From Rhizodiscina lignyota (Eukaryota), in contig ML978145.1 in assembly GCA_010015805.1 (NCBI GenBank), positions 62,001-126,000 of the forward strand: a stretch of 64,000 nucleotides of DNA, written 5' to 3'. Shown piece by piece: positions 53,049 through 64,000 of the stretch; position 1 is the stretch's first letter; every line of letters starts with the position of its first letter. Both the position numbers and the translations under genes were made by a program. The notes below the pieces were generated by a model. It saw nothing but the letters and a program-made list of their open reading frames with translations. It was not told the origin of the DNA and did no database searches.

Positions 53049-54051
53049 GAAAGAGGAGATCTGGAATTCCGTTTCCGATGAGCTGGCGTTGGTTCCGCGG
53101 CCCGCGGAAGAAGGCATCTGCTGGTCATTTTGCTAAGTTATATAAAACTGGCTCTTGGCGAGATTAGAGGAGTCGTACATTCGGCCGTATTGACTGCCTA
53201 TTACAATACATTCAATAGCCCGATGAAGATATATGTGGAGTCGTCGGTTCTGGTAATTTGTGCGAAGGAGAGTAAGGGTGTGGCTACTCTTGGAGCATCT
53301 CTTAAAGAACTAGTTCAGTTAGCAACGGATGATTGAATCTAGTTGAATAAGAGTGCAACAATTGGCAGATACCAAACCAATGTTCGGATTGGCAGTTGAG
53401 ATATTGAATCCTGAGACATTTGGTTTTTTGGTTTGATAATCCGGAGATTGTTCGGAGACGATAGACTAGATGGTGCGTTCCATTGTTTTCTTCAGGTTAT
53501 TGTCATTGCGCACTACAATCTATGCGATACATAGTTATGCAGAAACAGAAATATTTAGCCCAGAGTATGTGAAAATCTAAGAAAGGTAAGGAAGGTTCAA
53601 GAGAATGTGGATCGCCGCTCCGCATCGCCGCTCCGCCAGTGATACGAAACAAGGACTTGGATTTTGCCATTAAGAGAAACGAATGAGCAGAATCCATATG
53701 GTACTAATATTTCTCAGAGCAAACTGAACCGTTGATCGAATACAGTTCATTAACCAAGCGATGCCAAAATGCGGCGAAGTTCCATGCCGATCACGCAGTG
53801 TATCCCAGTGCGCAGTTCTCTGAAACTGCTTGCATCTGCGGGATGCGGGTTACGCTGAGTGAGAAAAAGTGCGGTCGAATACCTCTACAAAAGTATCACG
53901 ATCACCCTCCGAAAGCCGTGTACCGCCGAGGCAGAGCTATTGTGGAGTCTGTTGTGCACGCTCGACGCGCAACCGAAAACAACAGAAGTGAGGCGAAGTG
54001 AGAGGAAAACTTAGGCAAGTAGGCTAGATCAAGTAGACGCAGTCGGGTTTC

Positions 54052-54296
54052 TTTTTGACATTACGAAGCCTCAAGTTCTTCGTCAGCAGCGAAGAAAGAG
54101 CGTTAATACAGACCCTTTTGAAGCTTGTGACATCGTACGAAAGTGGAAGAAGAGAGTAGCTTCTTGACGTGATGAAGCCTCAAGTACTTCAGCAGCAGCG
54201 AAGACGTAGCTGCTCACAAGGTAGAACGTGTGCTGGGATATATGTATGCGAAAGGTGCAAAAGCAGCATGTGTCTAAAAGTTTGAAGTCCCAGGTA
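54052..54296. repeat. Degenerate direct repeat with about 110-bp period
   Basis: gaagcctcaagt(t/a)cttc(gt/ag)cagcagcgaaga at 54065 and 54174; weaker gaagtcccaggta at 54284. Confidence 0.65.
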
Positions 54297-54697
54297 TGTT
54301 GCAATCTGACCGAATAAGGTCATCTTTGAAAGGTACGAAACCTGCAAGCACTTCATCAAATAGCAAAGAAGAAGGTGCCCGCAGTGCACAACGTGTTTCC
54401 AAGAAAATGCGCGGGAAGTGGAAGACTAGCGTCTTTCTACAAACCGGAACTCCAACGCATGTCGCGATCTGCTGGAATACGATTGGCGTCGAAGCGTGCG
54501 CTTGTTGAACTGTCGAAGAAACAGCAACAGCTCAAAGCGCGCCACTTTAAAAGATCGGCAAATCTTCGGCCGTGGCTGTGTCTCGTCATCATGTCCCGGA
54601 GCAGTTTATCGGAATTTCTGTCTCTCTCCAACTACTTCGACAACGACAAAATCTCAAACCTCGCGGGAGCTTTGATGCTCCCACATCCACTGCAAAG

Positions 54698-55801
54698 ATG
54701 CAGGGCTTCAATATGGGACGCTACATCCCCCCCGAGGCCCTTGACGCAGGCCTCTCCGCCAACCAAGCCGCTGGCAAGAAGCACGCACTGGGCAGTCGCG
54801 CTCGCAAGATCAACCAGGGCATCTTGACAGTGCGCTTCGAGATGCCATTTGCCATTTGGTGTGGGTCATGTCCACAGCCTACCATCATCGCACAGGGCGT
54901 GCGCTTCAACGCGGAGAAGAAAAAGGTCGGGGCCTACCATTCCACGCCCATCTTGAGCTTTCGCATGAAGCACACTGCATGCGGGGGGTGGATCGAGATC
55001 AGAACCGACCCTGAGCATGCAGAATACGTAGTGTACGAGGGCGCAAAGAAGAGAGATTATGGGGAAGACAAGACGACGGAAGGTCCGCTCGGGGAAATCT
55101 TGACGGAGGAGGAGAGGGAGAGGAGACGGAATAATGCATTCGCTGCGCTCGAAGGGAGCGTGGTTGACAAACAGAAGGCCAAAGTAGAGGCGCAGAGGGT
55201 AGAAGAGTTGCTGCAAGATAGAGAGAGAGACTGGAATGATCCATATGCGGCAAACCAGAGACTGAGGAAGACTTTCAGGGTAGAACGCAAGGTTCGGCAG
55301 AAGAAAGAGGCGGAGCGGGAACGATTACAAGAGCGGCTAGGATTCAGCATCCCGATATTAGATGAGAGTGAGGCTGACAAACGAGCGGCGAGTCTGGTGC
55401 AGTTTGGGGAGAGTGCAGGTGCTGGAGATGCTTTGGATATCGCCAGAAAGGTCGCATCTCGACCTCTGTTTGACGATGGGGCTAAACCGATCAGAGAAAA
55501 CCCCCATGTGACGGCCCCGTCAGCAGGGAATGTCAAAACGAACCCTGCAAAAGTCGCCGACCAGTCGAAGTCAAGACTGCAGCAAGAGCTGAGAGGCAAC
55601 ACTAGGGCGGCTATGGACCCCTTCAGTCTCGACAGCAAGGCAGGGTTGCGAACTGATTACGCTATCTCTGGCTTCAAGCGGAAAGCGAACGTGGCGAGCG
55701 ATCATGCCCCGCCTCGTGGCAGCCATCGGCACGAAAAGGATGCAGGTGCGGGCGCACCGTCTGCAAAGGCATTGCGACTCGTGGAATATGATTCTGATTG
55801 A
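54698..55801 (+). CDS. CWC16/Yju2-family splicing factor, CCDC130/Saf4 type
   Basis: MQGFNMGRYIPP, ILTVRFEMPFAIWC..C, GVRFNAEKKKVG.Y.STPI.SFRMKH..C...IEIRTDP. Confidence 0.9.
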   Translation: MQGFNMGRYIPPEALDAGLSANQAAGKKHALGSRARKINQGILTVRFEMPFAIWCGSCPQPTIIAQGVRFNAEKKKVGAYHSTPILSFRMKHTACGGWIEIRTDPEHAEYVVYEGAKKRDYGEDKTTEGPLGEILTEEERERRRNNAFAALEGSVVDKQKAKVEAQRVEELLQDRERDWNDPYAANQRLRKTFRVERKVRQKKEAERERLQERLGFSIPILDESEADKRAASLVQFGESAGAGDALDIARKVASRPLFDDGAKPIRENPHVTAPSAGNVKTNPAKVADQSKSRLQQELRGNTRAAMDPFSLDSKAGLRTDYAISGFKRKANVASDHAPPRGSHRHEKDAGAGAPSAKALRLVEYDSD

Positions 55802-55998
55802 CTATTACGGCTATTTCGATATGCATTTTGACGGCGCTACACAATCATGACCAGCATTTCCAGGCGTTAGATACCCCAGATCCAACTACTACTTCATAGA
55901 GACCAAGGTTCGGTCTTCATACTCTAGATTTTGACATGTCTGCTCTTCTCCTCCCCATGTGTGATGTTGTCCCTGTGCACTTACTCGTCATCCAATCT

Positions 55999-57419
55999 TC
56001 ATTTGTGAACCTCGACTTGAGGATCCGGGTTTCGAGCCTGTGACACATATTCCTCCTCTTGCTTACCCGCATTCCTGCGGAATCTCAACCCGCCATTGAT
56101 GTGGCCATGTCCATTGACGGTTGCCTCGTAGTAGACGCCGTTTACAGCGATTTCCGGTTCACCCTCAATGTGGAGATACCAGAGCACACCGGCGCAGAAG
56201 AGACCTCCGCCGAGGATGTTTCCAAGAGCTGTAAACACCGACGGTCAGCCATATCGACAAATTATCTAGTGGTGGATATTATGCGCAAGAGAAGCGCACC
56301 AACAAGTCGCATGCTGAATATGATAATACTTACCTGCGGGAATGATCCCCTTCCAGATGTACAAACCGACGGTAAGGCCAGGCGCATGATGCCAGATACC
56401 GATCGGAACAAGGAACATATTGGCCTGCATTCTCTTCTTAGTGCGAAGCATCTTCACAAGTAAGAAGGATATTTCTGGCGATACTTACGACAACGTGGTC
56501 AAGTCCGAGCGACACGAAAGCGGTGATGGGCCACCAGATACCAAGAATCTTGGATACGAGATCGCGCCCCTGAACACCAAGGTAACAAGCAAGACAGACT
56601 AGATTGCATATCGTCAGCCTCTTTGGACTGTTCGTAGTATTCGCCAAATGGAGTTCTCACCCAGCCAGTTACAGCCAATAGCTCTGAGGAAGATCTGGTG
56701 GAATTTGGGGACGACCTGCTTCGTGACTGCGAATGCCATCGCCTCCTTGACATAGGCACCGCTGTCAAAGACACCTCCGTCTGATGATAATTAGCTTGCA
56801 CCCTGATAATGTAGAAGTCTCGACGGAAACGGCAAAGGGTACCAAAGCACGAGTGCTGCTGCCACGAGCCGTTCAAGACTCGTGCAAAAAGTCCAAGTAG
56901 TATGCATAAGGGGCGTTATAGGAGCAGAGAATGGCAAAATTGCCAATGAGAGTGACCTACATCCAAAAATGATGGCTACCATGAACAACGATCCCGCAAG
57001 ATTGCCGAAGAATGTGAGGAACCAGTGCTGCAGCATTTTGAAGACACTTATGCGACCGTGAATGAAGGAAAGCGTGGTGTACATGAAACTTCCAGTTGAT
57101 AGATCGGTTCCAGTGAGTACAATCATCACCAAACCTGCGTGTACGATGAGCAACAATGCGCGGCGATGAAGATAGGCAGATGAATACCGTAAGGGAAGTA
57201 AGTTGCGCCGATGGCTCTGATCAAACCAGGAGCATTGTCCTGGAACCATGGTGAAGCTTGAATACTCAAATGCGTAGCACCTGCGAACGACAACAGCATG
57301 CCGGCGTACACGGCGCTGAAGAAGATCTTATCGATCCTCATATTGGCCTTCTTCACACCGACCCGCGAGCAGAGCTCGGTGGCCTCTGCCGGGGTGAATG
57401 AGTCCATAACTGAAGTCAT
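55999..57419 (-). CDS. Formate/nitrite transporter (FNT) family channel (6 exons)
   Basis: Spliced motifs FPYG|LVMIVLTGTDLSTG, GNLAGSLF, IGCNWL|VCLACY, LGLDHVV|ANMF and LGNILGG. Confidence 0.92.
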
Positions 57420-59860
57420 CTTCACAAGTTCTCTGCGACAGCCTTGGAATAGACGAAACGAAAATGACAAGAAAGCCAAGAGAAACACGGAGCCAGCTGA
57501 GAGATATATGCACCGCCAGCACGGTGTATATAGTGCTGGGGTCAATTTAAAATAGAAGGGCTCGTGCTCGATGCTGAGAAGGTAGCAATCCTAGCCCTTT
57601 CACAGCAATCGGGCAAGATTCCAGAAAGCACACAAGCCCTTGATGGTAGTGAGACGTCTTGATTGGACTCTTTCAGACCAGACACCGTGCATGGATAGTC
57701 CTTTACTGTCAAAGGAAGGTTCAGAAGTTAGCGCGGCGGTAGTCGGCATACCTTGATTCGCGGACGCTTCGGACCAGGCGTGGACCATACTGTCGTCTCC
57801 AAAATCTGGGGAATTTTGAGGGGTGGACAACCCTTGTCGCTGACAATATGCTCGGACTCAGTCATCCTCAACGCGGTACTGTGACCGATAGGGGGCATAC
57901 CGAGATGTCCGGGCAGATTAGGTCCTGATCGACAACCTCAACTAGGCACTGTTCATTAATCGGTCATCCTGCCGGCGAGAAAGCGCGCTGACCGAAACTC
58001 TAATGTGAGATTCAGCAGCATGTTTCAGTCTTGGATGAGACGGGTTGACAACAAGAAGCAACGGTGCTTTTGCTATAGAGGGCTCAGTGTGTTTTGGGGC
58101 ATCCCGGGATGATGTGATGCGGCTAAATGCCAATGATTTGAGAAGACGCTACGAAGATACAAGCACGGCCTGAGTGAGCTTGAAGTTTGCGGGGTAGCAT
58201 AGAAGAAGCAGGGGACAGACTGATTTCTTGAATATTAGAGGAACGGTAGAAGCGGAGCAAAGCACAAGCGCATGGAAACGATGAAGCGACTCTTGGCAGG
58301 CAGCGAGGATTGGAGGGTTGAGGATATGGCGCTAGAGATGTCGCTGCAAGGTTGATATTCGCCAGTGCATCCGGAATCCAACCGCAGCCCACGTCATACA
58401 TCGCGGCCAATCCCAAACATCAAAATCGAGCAGGAGGCCTGCAAGCCGTGCCGGGATGCGACGTTGAGCTCGCGTGGCCAGCTCGTGTCTTCCACGTGGA
58501 AATCTACGATCATAAAAGCCCTGGACATTCGACGTTGCTTCTCTGCAGCTGCAAGCATCACACGGAAAAAGGCGCTTCCAAACCGAACCTGTGCGGCCAG
58601 ATAAGCGGACCTGTGACACTCCTACAACTAGGCGGCCACACGAGCGCTCGATCGGAAATGTTGCCGTCGGCCTGAGGTGGATGAGGCTCGCTTTCGCCGA
58701 CATGGTCAATCGTGGACGCGTACGAAGAATGCGCCTCCAGGTCAAGTGTCGGCCGCCTTGATGTCAGCAAGACAAATTGACCGCAGAGCAGCAACAGCGC
58801 CAGGGCATGGACATCTATCTCTTTCGCTTCTGTTGCAGCACTTACCACGCTCCAACATGCTGCGTCTCATCAGCCTGCAAATGCGGGGTATTCACACCTC
58901 CATCATCTTCAGCGCCATTCTGTCGACGAGGATTTCTCATCGCGCTCGAGCACTGGCCTGCGCGTAACCCTGGCCGCGTCCGGGGTTGGAGCGCATAGAG
59001 AATCCTTCTAGAAGGTGTGAGGATGTAGCCTCTCGGCTGGCCCGACGCTGTGGACACCACGCGGACGCACATGGCGGGGTGGGGTCCTAAAAGCTGACAC
59101 TGGAGAAGAGCGCCGCAACCTCGCGAGAGCCGTCAAACACTAACGGCAGATGACTAGACAATTGCGAGGCGCGTTTCTGCCTGTGGAGACGGTGCAGGGC
59201 AACTAGAGGATGCAGCAGCACGGATTCGAAATTCTGGAGTGCCGGTCCTTCCGCGACACTCACACGAAGCATCAGCTGGCTCTAAGCATCGAAATGGGCC
59301 GGTCCGTTCGCGCACCAGAGAGAAGAGCGATTGCGCTGCGTCGCAGAATTGCGACATTCCCACTGGTACTCATATGATTCATCAAGATCTGATAAGAGCC
59401 CGGAGGATGGACGTTGTTCGGCGATTGCGTCGGTGATAAACATCTACTACGGAGTAGCACATTCCGTTTATTGCTAAAGAGACTCCGCAATTACGCGAAT
59501 ACGCGAACCGCTTGCATTTCCCGGAGTCTGAGGCCTGAGGAGTCGCTGGAAGCCGCCTCTGGCAGGTGGAGTAGTCTCGATCGCGTCAACTTGAGTCAAC
59601 AGCTCGTTAGGCCGTCAGCGGCCGAATGTAGATGGGTTTGGGTATCTTGAGCTGCGATACAGATGAAGCATATGACGAGGCTCTTCTCAACAGGATTTAC
59701 TCACTGCAATATTTAATAGAAGATTCTCCCTGCGTTTGCTTTTCATTCCCGTGTCTTTTCCAGTCATCTCGATATCCCCGCTCCTCCCTTTGCAAGATCA
59801 TCAGTCGCTCCTCTTCAAAACCCATCACCATATTTTTTCAAATAACACTTCTCGTCCATC

Positions 59861-60586
59861 ATGAGTACAGGATACAGCGGGTTCAAGCACCCAGGTTATG
59901 AGGAGGACAATCGCTGGACGGCCGTGGATAACTACACCTCTAAACATCTCAACACGGCCTCGAAGCTGAACGAGGCGCTGAACAATGCGCTGAAGAACTC
60001 AGACGCACACGGACTCCCCCCAATTAGCGTCTCCGAACATCAGGGGAAGTTCCTCATGCTGCAGGCTCGCATGAGCGGCGCCAAACACATCCTCGAAGTT
60101 GGCCTGCTGGGCGGCTACAGCACTATCTGGTTGGCGAACTCAAATCCGGATGTCAAAGTGACAACCGTGGAAGTATCTGAAGACAATGCAGCTGTCGCAA
60201 AAGAGAATCTCAAGGCCGCCGGCGTCGCGGATAGGGTCGAAGTCGTCGTTGGAAGCGGCGTCGAGGTACTCCCAAGACTCGTCGAGGAGGTCAAGGCAGG
60301 AAAGAGGCCGCCATTTGGCTTCTTCTTCATCGATGCTGACAAGCAGAATAATTGGACGTATGTCGACAATGCTTGCGAGATGGCTCTACCAAAAGCATGC
60401 ATCTACGTCGACAACGTCGTGAGGAAGGGAAACTTGGCCGAGGAAAGCGCGACTGACGAGAGGATCCTTGGAAATCGAAAGATGGTGGAGAACGTCGGGA
60501 AGGATAGTAGGCTTGACGCCACTGTGATCCAGACAGTCTCTGATAAAAATTATGATGGATTCTTGTTCGCGGTGGTGAAGGGGTAA
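59861..60586 (+). CDS. SAM-dependent O-methyltransferase, family 3 (CCoAOMT/COMT-like), intronless
   Basis: ILEVGLLGGYSTIWLA, FIDADKQN, VDNVV and QTV..K.YDGF. Confidence 0.9.
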   Translation: MSTGYSGFKHPGYEEDNRWTAVDNYTSKHLNTASKLNEALNNALKNSDAHGLPPISVSEHQGKFLMLQARMSGAKHILEVGLLGGYSTIWLANSNPDVKVTTVEVSEDNAAVAKENLKAAGVADRVEVVVGSGVEVLPRLVEEVKAGKRPPFGFFFIDADKQNNWTYVDNACEMALPKACIYVDNVVRKGNLAEESATDERILGNRKMVENVGKDSRLDATVIQTVSDKNYDGFLFAVVKG

Positions 60587-61148
60587 GACGTGACTGAAAT
60601 ATTGATATTCACCAGGTCCAGAGAAGGAGGATGGAATATACTCCGTATCACATGTTATATAAGAGTTATGACGCACTGGAACATGATCTTATAGAATTTC
60701 TAATGTAATTGAACGCAGAAAATCGTGTTGGTTCCTTCGTTTGGTAAAACCTCCCAATCTTAGGTAGACAGATACTGGCCTTATTATACCCGCTGACAGG
60801 AGTCCTGAAAGCCTATGCGGCATCATGCCGCACGCCAGGGCGCTTGTCTGGCAGCCACACTCCCTATTTCTTTACGAGAGAGCCAAGTATTATGTCTCTA
60901 ACTACTGAGAGGATGCGGCCGCATGCATAGACACGTAAGGCAAAATCTCGGAGATCTGGTAACTCTTTGCGGGCAGCATGAGAGGACTCCGCGGGCAATC
61001 GAACGCATGCTTGTGCAACGACCACGACACTTCAATCAAGTGCCCTGCACAACCAACAATTGCTCAGTGTCAATGCACTTGAGAATGCACGAAAGTGGAT
61101 AGCTAAAGAGTGGCGAGAATTAAGAGTGTATTAAGCCGCCACCGAAAT

Positions 61149-62195
61149 TTATTTTAAAGTTGCGGCATATGCTTGTACCAGCTCAACCAAGCTCACATCA
61201 TCCACTAAGCCCAGGCTCTTCGCGAGGGAAGTGTCAAACTTATCAGGCCAACTGCCCACAATGCGCTGAATTACCTCGTCCGGCTTGCGCTCGACCAGAT
61301 CTAGAGCCTTCTGACCGCCCACCTGCTCCAGCGCAGTGAGGATTTGAGCGACCGTGACTGTTTGTCCAGGGAGATTGATTGTCCTATTCAAGCCGAACTT
61401 TTCCTTTGGAATGTCCTTCACAAGCACGAGGTTCTTAACGGTCGTCTTTGGCGAGCATACCCACATGGAGAGATCGTCGTTTACGGGGAGTACGCTCTTC
61501 TCACCCTGAAGTGGTTCTCTTGCGGGAAAATTAGCATAGTCCATTCTGTCGAAGGCACAGCGGCTAGATGTGAAATGATGGAAGAAGAGTAGATGCACCA
61601 ACCTTACGATCCCACTCGCAAAGCTACTCGTTGCTGCACTTGGCGCTCCAGGCCTAACAATGACCGTCGGCAACCTCACCACCCGCCCATCAATCAGCCC
61701 CCTCCTACTAAAGTCGTTCACCATTAGCTCTACCATCGCCTTCTCCGTACCATAGCTGCTCTGCGGAATCAACACAGTCCTCTCGCTCGTCACCTCTTTG
61801 TCCCCTGTGGGTCCATACACAGCCAGCGAACTCGGAAACACCACTTTGACGCCCGTGTGCTCTTTCCGCAGGATGTCAAGGACGAGGCGGTGTGCGTCGA
61901 CGTTCACGCGAAGACCTAGATCGAGGTTGGCTTCTGAACCGCCGGACATGATGCCATGGAGCAGATAGCATGTTGTGAAGTTGGGCTTGAGGAGGTCGGC
62001 GCATGCGGCTGGGGAGGTCAGGTCAGACTGTATGGCCTTTACTCGCGAGGCATGAGGCTGGGCGGCGGGAGGTATGGGAGGAGAGACAATATCGCTGACT
62101 GTGAGGGTGAGGTCTGGCGCGCTCTCGAGGAGTGCTGTGATGAGGTCCTGGCCGATGAAGCCAGACGCGCCTGTGATGAGTATGTTCTCCGGCAT
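61149..62195 (-). CDS. NAD-dependent epimerase/dehydratase (D-erythronate dehydrogenase-like); intron 61519-61602
   Basis: ITGASGFIG, HGIMSGGSEANLDLGLRVN, SSLAVYG, SYGTEK and RLPT..VRPGAPSAA.SSFASGI.REPL.G. Confidence 0.88.
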   Translation of the reverse strand: MPENILITGASGFIGQDLITALLESAPDLTLTVSDIVSPPIPPAAQPHASRVKAIQSDLTSPAACADLLKPNFTTCYLLHGIMSGGSEANLDLGLRVNVDAHRLVLDILRKEHTGVKVVFPSSLAVYGPTGDKEVTSERTVLIPQSSYGTEKAMVELMVNDFSRRGLIDGRVVRLPTVIVRPGAPSAATSSFASGIVRLVHLLFFHHFTSSRCAFDRMDYANFPAREPLQGEKSVLPVNDDLSMWVCSPKTTVKNLVLVKDIPKEKFGLNRTINLPGQTVTVAQILTALEQVGGQKALDLVERKPDEVIQRIVGSWPDKFDTSLAKSLGLVDDVSLVELVQAYAATLK

Positions 62196-62857
62196 CTTGA
62201 CAATTGAGCAGCGAAAGAGGGAAGTTTCAATATGAGAAGGAATTGCTGGATTCAGCCTATAGAAATTGTGAAAAAGAAAGGATGAAAAAGCTACTTAACC
62301 TTGACACGACCTCAGAGAGCAAAAGCGGAGAACTTTCCGTTGGTTGCGGAGCTAGACTTTTGATATCCCGAGCTTAGGAAAAGGCATTGTGATATGCCAT
62401 CAGACGATGACAATTTGAGAGTCGTCCGTAATGGCCCCGTGCGATCTGCATGTCAATGTGACAGAGGATTGATGATGCTCTTGAGGTCCTTGGGCACTTT
62501 TGGGAAGATCCAGGAAGCGGAAGCGGCGGCGGAGCCAAGACGTCCGCTGCTTCTCCTGTGGAAGCCACTGCATTCATGACGAAAAGCAGATAATGCTTAG
62601 GCATATTTCAAACGTAGTTTAATTCTCGCTAGGAAGTAATAATTTTGTCGTTAAGTCTTCTTGGTCCATCAAATAGAGACAGCAATCCAAAATGCCATCG
62701 CCGTCAAGCAGCTATCACCTAGCCATGATTCTCATCAAACGCCAAAACAATGCATATAGGTGAACGCTTGAGTAACATAAAACAATGGTATCCGCTCTGT
62801 CCTTTCCATTCCCTCATTCGTTCAAACTACCAGCCTCCTAGCCGACCGTGCAGAGAA

Positions 62858-64000
62858 TCATCTCCCATGGCCCTCAAAGTCCCTCTCAAAGAATACAATA
62901 TAAGCCTGCTCATTCTGCAGCTCATCTCCCCTCCTCAAAGCCCTTGGATCAAAATCACTAACCCTGTCATCATTAAAATATTTCCAGCACTGTCGTCCCG
63001 TGTCTTTCACAAGAGCAACATAGTGACCCGAATGCAAAGTCTGGCCAATATGTCGCATTACAGCATAACAATTGTACCTATACGGCGGCGTCATCGCTTC
63101 ATCCAGGGCGCAGTCCTTCTTGACGCTCTCAATGCCTCTGTCACGGATGGCTTGGTTGACTTCTTCCGCAGTTGGAGGGGGCAACATCAACGGTTCGAGA
63201 TCGAGGCCATTGAGCGGAAAGTCAATCGGCGTGCGCACTTTTCTCGCGGACTCGGTATGCGATGCGCTGAAGCGCTTGAAGTGGACCACGAGGTAGCGCG
63301 GGGCGCGGGTAATAGTGATCTGCTTGGTTGCTTCCCGTTCTTTCTTGCACCGCGGGCACTTCCAGACTTCGTCCCCTGAAAGCATCTCCTCTGCGCAGTA
63401 TGACTGGAGACACTGCTCGATAGTCGCAGCCCCACTTCGAGGAATCTCTACGGAGATGCTGTAGAATGCTTCATAGGTCGTACTCGTGGTACCGCAAGTA
63501 GTGCAGCGGAGCCGACTGGCGTGCTGGCCTGCGAATAGGTCCGATACGACACTGCGTTCGCGCTTTGTATAACGAGCCCATTCAACCTTTGATGCGAAAG
63601 GTTTCGGCGTCTTCTCACGGAGCTGTTCTTCAAGCTCAGAAAGGACATGCGGCGGAGGGTTGTTCCAGTTCCAGTTGAGATCTTCATGCAAGACATCGAT
63701 GAGAAAGTCGAAGAATTCCTTGGCGTCTTGCTGGCGATCAGAGCCCCATTCGCGATTTAACCTGGCACAAAAGTTCTGAGATGGATTAGTGAACTATCAA
63801 CAAAAATTAGATAAGTATTGCTTACACGAAAAGTGGAAGGTCGACAAGCAGTCACATCGTTCTTCCACAAGTGCAGAATTAGATTCGCGTAATTTTCTGG
63901 TAGCAGTCCTTTCGAGCCTTTCCAGTTCTCACGCTGGATTATCTTCCGATATGAGCCGTTGCGGAAGATACGCGTGAGCGGAAGAGTTGCATTAAGACAC
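62858..64000 (-). CDS. DOA4: Ubiquitin-specific protease (USP8/Doa4-like), C-terminal part; 5' end outside the window
   Basis: QQDAKEF, LHEDLN, LFAGQHASRLRC..C, WKCPRCK, HFKRF, His box HIG..LHSGHY and FNDDRV. Confidence 0.8.

Noticed and set aside
54021..54034. U2 snRNA-like GGCTAGATCAAGT
   Set aside because: Lacks the following GTAGTATC branch-pairing sequence and the other U2 elements.
54052..54296. CRISPR-like repeat-spacer array
   Set aside because: Eukaryotic context, only two good copies, spacers of about 80 nt that resemble each other, and no cas genes.
60816..60924. Palindromes TGCGGCATCATGCCGCA and ATGCGGCCGCAT between convergent genes
   Set aside because: Short, located in 3' regions, and without target-site duplications or other element hallmarks.
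59861..62195. Horizontal transfer of the bacterial-like O-methyltransferase and epimerase
   Set aside because: Both families occur widely in fungi, one gene has an intron, and no phylogeny could be run to support transfer.

Overview
Gene-dense, intron-rich DNA from a filamentous ascomycete (Pezizomycotina-type GT..AG introns of about 50-80 nt with CTRAY branch sites). I count about 30 protein-coding genes, two cut by the window edges, and no RNA genes, CRISPR arrays or recognisable transposons. Conserved genes: PEP carboxykinase (3' end), PAN2, alanine aminotransferase, TAPT1/EMP65-like, a RING E3-like gene, CCDC130/Saf4, a formate/nitrite transporter and a DOA4-like ubiquitin protease (3' part). 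They are interleaved with accessory genes: SRR1-like, BTB, HET, MFS, hydrolases, an FAD oxidase, an O-methyltransferase and several Zn2Cys6-type regulators. The most notable observations are: (1) a backbone-less oxidoreductase mini-cluster (PRISE/iridoid-synthase-like SDR plus a classical SDR and a Zn2Cys6 TF) whose shared promoter has three helically phased CCGGTGG boxes; (2) a three-exon 81-aa GRGGAGN (Par32/DUF3602-like) microprotein with four PKA-type sites, absent from the ORF track; (3) an upstream exon giving alanine aminotransferase a mitochondrial-type presequence, with a TATA box inside the intron suggesting a second cytosolic transcript; (4) a one-base frameshift in a second Zn2Cys6 TF; (5) a likely GC-AG intron. 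All family assignments come from motif recognition by eye. No database searches were run.
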